DNA of 7,161 nucleotides from a virus (Duplodnaviria; Heunggongvirae; Uroviricota; Caudoviricetes): IMG/VR virus record IMGVR_UViG_2534681979_000007; one strand, 5' to 3'. Shown piece by piece: positions 5,001 to 7,161 of this stretch (position 1 is its first letter; each line of letters starts with the position of its first letter). The notes under the pieces were generated by a model. It saw only the letters and a program-made list of their open reading frames with translations, ran no database searches and was not told where the DNA came from. The position numbers and the translations under genes were made by a program.

Positions 5001-7161
5001 CCGGGTGAGGTGGCAATCAACCTGACAAAAGGTAACGGACCGGGGGCGCTGGCCCACGAATGGTTCCATTCACTGGATAATTATTTTGGTCGTTATGATG
5101 TTTCCACTGACGGGAAGATCACGTCAGGTGGCGACTATATGACGGAAGCACAGCGTGCCGGGCGCGTATTTAAAGACGGCAGGTATGTTGATGCGGAATA
5201 TCCGGTACGTCAGGAGGTTTACGACGCGTTTAAAGGCGTGATGAAAGCCATTAACAGCAGTGACATGTTGCGTCGTTCTGAACGCCTGGATGGCGTTCGT
5301 TCAAAACCGTACTGGTCAACGGATGTTGAAATGGCGGCGCGAGCCTTTGAGCGTTATGTTCAGGATAAAGCGCGTATGGCTGGCGTGGAGAATGATTATC
5401 TGGTCAATATCCGTAAGGCGGATGACCATGGACAGCTGGACACCTACGCTTATCCGACGAATGCAGAACTGGATGGCGGTATTCGTGAGGCATTCGATCA
5501 CTTGTTCCGAACACTGAAAACCCGTGAGACGGACAAGGGAGTTGAGTTTTATTCCCGTAAGGGCGTGACCCGCACACCTGAAGGCAATCTGATTTCGGAT
5601 GTTAACCGCAGTGCGGAAGCCAAAGGCAGTCCGGTCCCGCAGGTTGAAGCTGTTGCCCGTGGCGTGATTAGTGGCATTAAGGACAGTGACCTGAAGGTCC
5701 GCGTGGTGAAGTCACAGAAAGAGGCTGAAGCACTGGCGGGTGAATCATTCGACGGTTACGGCAAGGTGCACGCGTTCTATCGTCCGGATAAACGTGAAAT
5801 TGTCCTGGTGGCGGATAACATCCCTGACGGGCGGACCGTTCGCGAGAAGTTACGTCACGAGATTATTCACCATGCAATGGAGCATGTAGTCACGCCAGCG
5901 GAATATCAGACGATTATTAAGACCGTGCTGAAAACCCGTGACAGTGATAACGCCACCATCCGTGAAGTCTGGCGTAAGGTTGATGCGTCTTATGGTAAGG
6001 AATCACCGGAAGTGCAGGCGGGTGAATTTCTGGCGCATATGGCAGAGAAGCAGCCGATTAAATTCGTGGCGGCATGGGAGCGTGTTGTTGCCCTGGTCAA
6101 AGGGGTACTGCGTCGTACGGGGTTACTGAAGCCGACGGAACTGAACGATATCAGACTTGTTCGCGAAACCATCCGCACGTTAGGCCAGCGTGTGCGGGAA
6201 GGTTACACGCCGCGTGAGGATGGCGCGGACGCATCGTCTCAGTACTCCCGTAGCGGTAAACCTGATCCGTTCAAAGTGCCGGAAGGTGAGGGCGAGCGTT
6301 ATCGTGATGACCTTGCCAGAATGATGAAATCTCTGCGCACAACAGATTTAACGGTAAACATCGGGCGTACGCCGCCGGTATTGCGTCACCTTGGTGCACC
6401 GGATTTGCCGCTGGTTATTTCCCGCGATACTGTGCGGAAGGCCACCAATGGTGTGAAACATGTGGTGCCGATGGATGTTATCGAGAGACTACCGGAACTG
6501 ATGCACGATCCGGATGCAATTTACCGCTCAGCGACAGAAAGAAACGCGGTTGTGATGCTGCTTGATGCCGTGGATAAAAATGGTGATCCGGTGGTGTCAG
6601 CGGTACACATGAAGGCTGTCCGGTCGCGCCTGGAAATCAACAAGGTAGCATCTGTTTACGGTACAGAAAACGGGAAAAAACTGAAGAGTATGGAAATGAC
6701 CGGGTTAACGTTGTACCGGAGAGAAAAATTAAGCCGCGATAACCTTCTGCACAGAGGGCTCCAATTGCCCAAAGGGGAACATTCTTATCGCGGCTCTGCG
6801 GATAAAATACTCTATCCTGAAGATATTCGCAAGGGGCCGTATTACTCCCGCACCAGCAGTCTGACACCGGAAGAGACAATTGCATCCCGTTTTGTGCGCC
6901 AGATGCAGGATAAATTCCAGGTGCTGAAAGCGGTGCAGGAGAATATCCGTAAAACTGGCGGAAAAATAGATGACAGCAATAACGCCTATATGGCTGAAGA
7001 ACTCTTCCACGGGAAGGCGGAAAACGACCTGAACGTAATGAAGGAGCGCTACGTTCAGCCGCTGGCCAAATTGCTGGCGGACTACAAAATTGCGCAGGCC
7101 GATCTGGATGAGTACCTCTACGCCGTCACGCGCCGGAACGTAACGCGCATATTGCGAAAAT
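2037..7161 (+). CDS. Giant multidomain protein, 3'-truncated by the window edge (at least 1,708 aa): N-terminal glycine zipper, long acidic linker, HExxH zincin-like module and a second His cluster; putative polyvalent-type virion or transfer-associated effector
   Basis: Frame 3 (codon starts divisible by 3) verified codon-by-codon with no stop from 5040 to 7161, and read without stop from ATG 2037 to 5040. The track shows no complete frame-3 ORF anywhere in 2000..7161, consistent with one uninterrupted ORF. ATG 2037 is preceded by AGGGG (2023..2027) with a 9-nt spacer. An alternative in-frame ATG at 1971 follows a TAA at 1965..1967 but lacks a Shine-Dalgarno. Motifs read: GAALGAAMGAPFGAVAG (2460..2510), ALAHEWFHSLDNYFGR (5046..5093), LRHEIIHHAMEH (5850..5885). 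Confidence 0.85.
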   Translation, partial: MAAADAVLNADYSELAQSPKFQQTFLSIDADPQHAQLTDRQKMDLAKERVADEVRAQLATDPELLAVNAMAAKLGDAQLFNLVTRGTAKTVKSGIVRNATAQGAINAAQGGYSRYQENTALRETAGMDVSPWEGVADATIEGAALGAAMGAPFGAVAGYRGRRQAAEETAMRDAETVQQDDAAPQPESVDPVAQQRESMQGMNREQLLEQYADADMATEGDASAAHRREAASQLLNELDEQTKRQAVMNELKAKPRSELLEEYRRLSQKEGRTETEEQQFQAIREVIRPQQEVTPEAQSQPENAEDGNGSIYPTVRFRDPNEVRIEINGNGASRPAERIEKVRPDNRYFTDEKSAMGSDVFRNAAATGLKPSVVKKGENQYAVEMDNPAFSEDVATETINTLADGERITDADPMEQPAFMRDPRFRGFTGDDTEVQARLARGNAPTAEELVRSQMAEGDAGPTAQELTERPRLPAPGDIHPGQGYPLPGEVARTPDENQAGRGGRFTTTGEVKGQSFQKGREQAPENAAGRQGEILEGETVRRGLPSPDEQNATAPVREGLPAPESQRGVDMPQPESLPRMVRDSLPELAQQAEARRQTGDNRQTITDVPDTEVPVPVDKPSTHQQVRGAKIEDFGEEIKGAAKHRYAQLAEAMGKTLEDGEYATQPLSKLFPKPDYARLEKEGVDSDTLAMMALYRSEIPTRTSRNMQKWISIVKSGREATAGMLEGKIPAAKLADMMDSKPGLRSMSDTWKLLRTLSALQIDKASGYRVRSGVYSFVGGKRYDPPQMMYSLRDSKGRDLFFSESRDELLKKAKAYFDEQGSRERETPATSADDRITFDVYRHKASGDIFIGYGKNRQKLKGGFESARDAHDYVRTHRDELVNQVKALREVSREEQRNATNRDRTGPERRKGDVSPEQFSDAFGFRGVQFGNYVESPRRQADLNRAYDSLHDLADVLNVPTKALSLNGRLGLAFGARGKGKAAAHYEPGEVAINLTKGNGPGALAHEWFHSLDNYFGRYDVSTDGKITSGGDYMTEAQRAGRVFKDGRYVDAEYPVRQEVYDAFKGVMKAINSSDMLRRSERLDGVRSKPYWSTDVEMAARAFERYVQDKARMAGVENDYLVNIRKADDHGQLDTYAYPTNAELDGGIREAFDHLFRTLKTRETDKGVEFYSRKGVTRTPEGNLISDVNRSAEAKGSPVPQVEAVARGVISGIKDSDLKVRVVKSQKEAEALAGESFDGYGKVHAFYRPDKREIVLVADNIPDGRTVREKLRHEIIHHAMEHVVTPAEYQTIIKTVLKTRDSDNATIREVWRKVDASYGKESPEVQAGEFLAHMAEKQPIKFVAAWERVVALVKGVLRRTGLLKPTELNDIRLVRETIRTLGQRVREGYTPREDGADASSQYSRSGKPDPFKVPEGEGERYRDDLARMMKSLRTTDLTVNIGRTPPVLRHLGAPDLPLVISRDTVRKATNGVKHVVPMDVIERLPELMHDPDAIYRSATERNAVVMLLDAVDKNGDPVVSAVHMKAVRSRLEINKVASVYGTENGKKLKSMEMTGLTLYRREKLSRDNLLHRGLQLPKGEHSYRGSADKILYPEDIRKGPYYSRTSSLTPEETIASRFVRQMQDKFQVLKAVQENIRKTGGKIDDSNNAYMAEELFHGKAENDLNVMKERYVQPLAKLLADYKIAQADLDEYLYAVTRRNVTRILRK

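Noticed and set aside
4464-5069. 201-aa minus-strand ORF from the track (and other minus-strand ORFs such as 2373..2906, 2350..2703, 3553..3822, 3765..4034)
   Set aside because: All lie entirely antisense to the verified frame-3 giant ORF. Their translations are Cys/Arg/Leu-rich and low-complexity, typical of shadow ORFs opposite a GC-balanced coding strand. No Shine-Dalgarno or independent signals were seen.
7109-7159. Frame-2 reading RRHAPERNAHIAK at the window end, which looked protein-like and raised the possibility of a frameshift
   Set aside because: Frame 2 has a TGA at 7109..7111 immediately upstream, and frame 3 is open through the last base. There is no evidence in the sequence for a shift.
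1-7161. tRNA, rRNA, CRISPR repeats, IS terminal inverted repeats, integrase or att sites
   Set aside because: No periodic direct repeats with spacers, no cloverleaf-like segments, and no long terminal inverted repeats were found. Apart from about 170 nt at the 5' end and two short gaps, the window is coding.

Overview
The window is essentially one co-directional (+ strand) gene cluster: a 330-codon ORF (175..1167), a Gly-rich ~253-codon ORF (most likely 1237..1998), and a giant ORF that starts at 2037 and is still open at the window end (at least 1,708 codons). The giant ORF is missing from the six-frame track because it has no stop inside the window. By hand translation it has an N-terminal glycine zipper (GxxxG x4), a long acidic low-complexity linker, then a structured C-terminal region carrying an HExxH zincin-type motif (ALAHEWFHSLDNYFGR) and a second His cluster (HEIIHHAMEH). 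A textbook intrinsic terminator hairpin plus T7 tract sits between genes 1 and 2. No rRNA, tRNA, CRISPR array, IS element or integrase signature was recognised. My interpretation, which is inference without any database search, is a phage- or conjugative-element-borne cassette encoding a large multidomain 'polyvalent'-type protein with a metallopeptidase module, plausibly a virion-packaged or co-transferred effector. All minus-strand ORFs in the track lie antisense to these coding regions and are treated as shadows.
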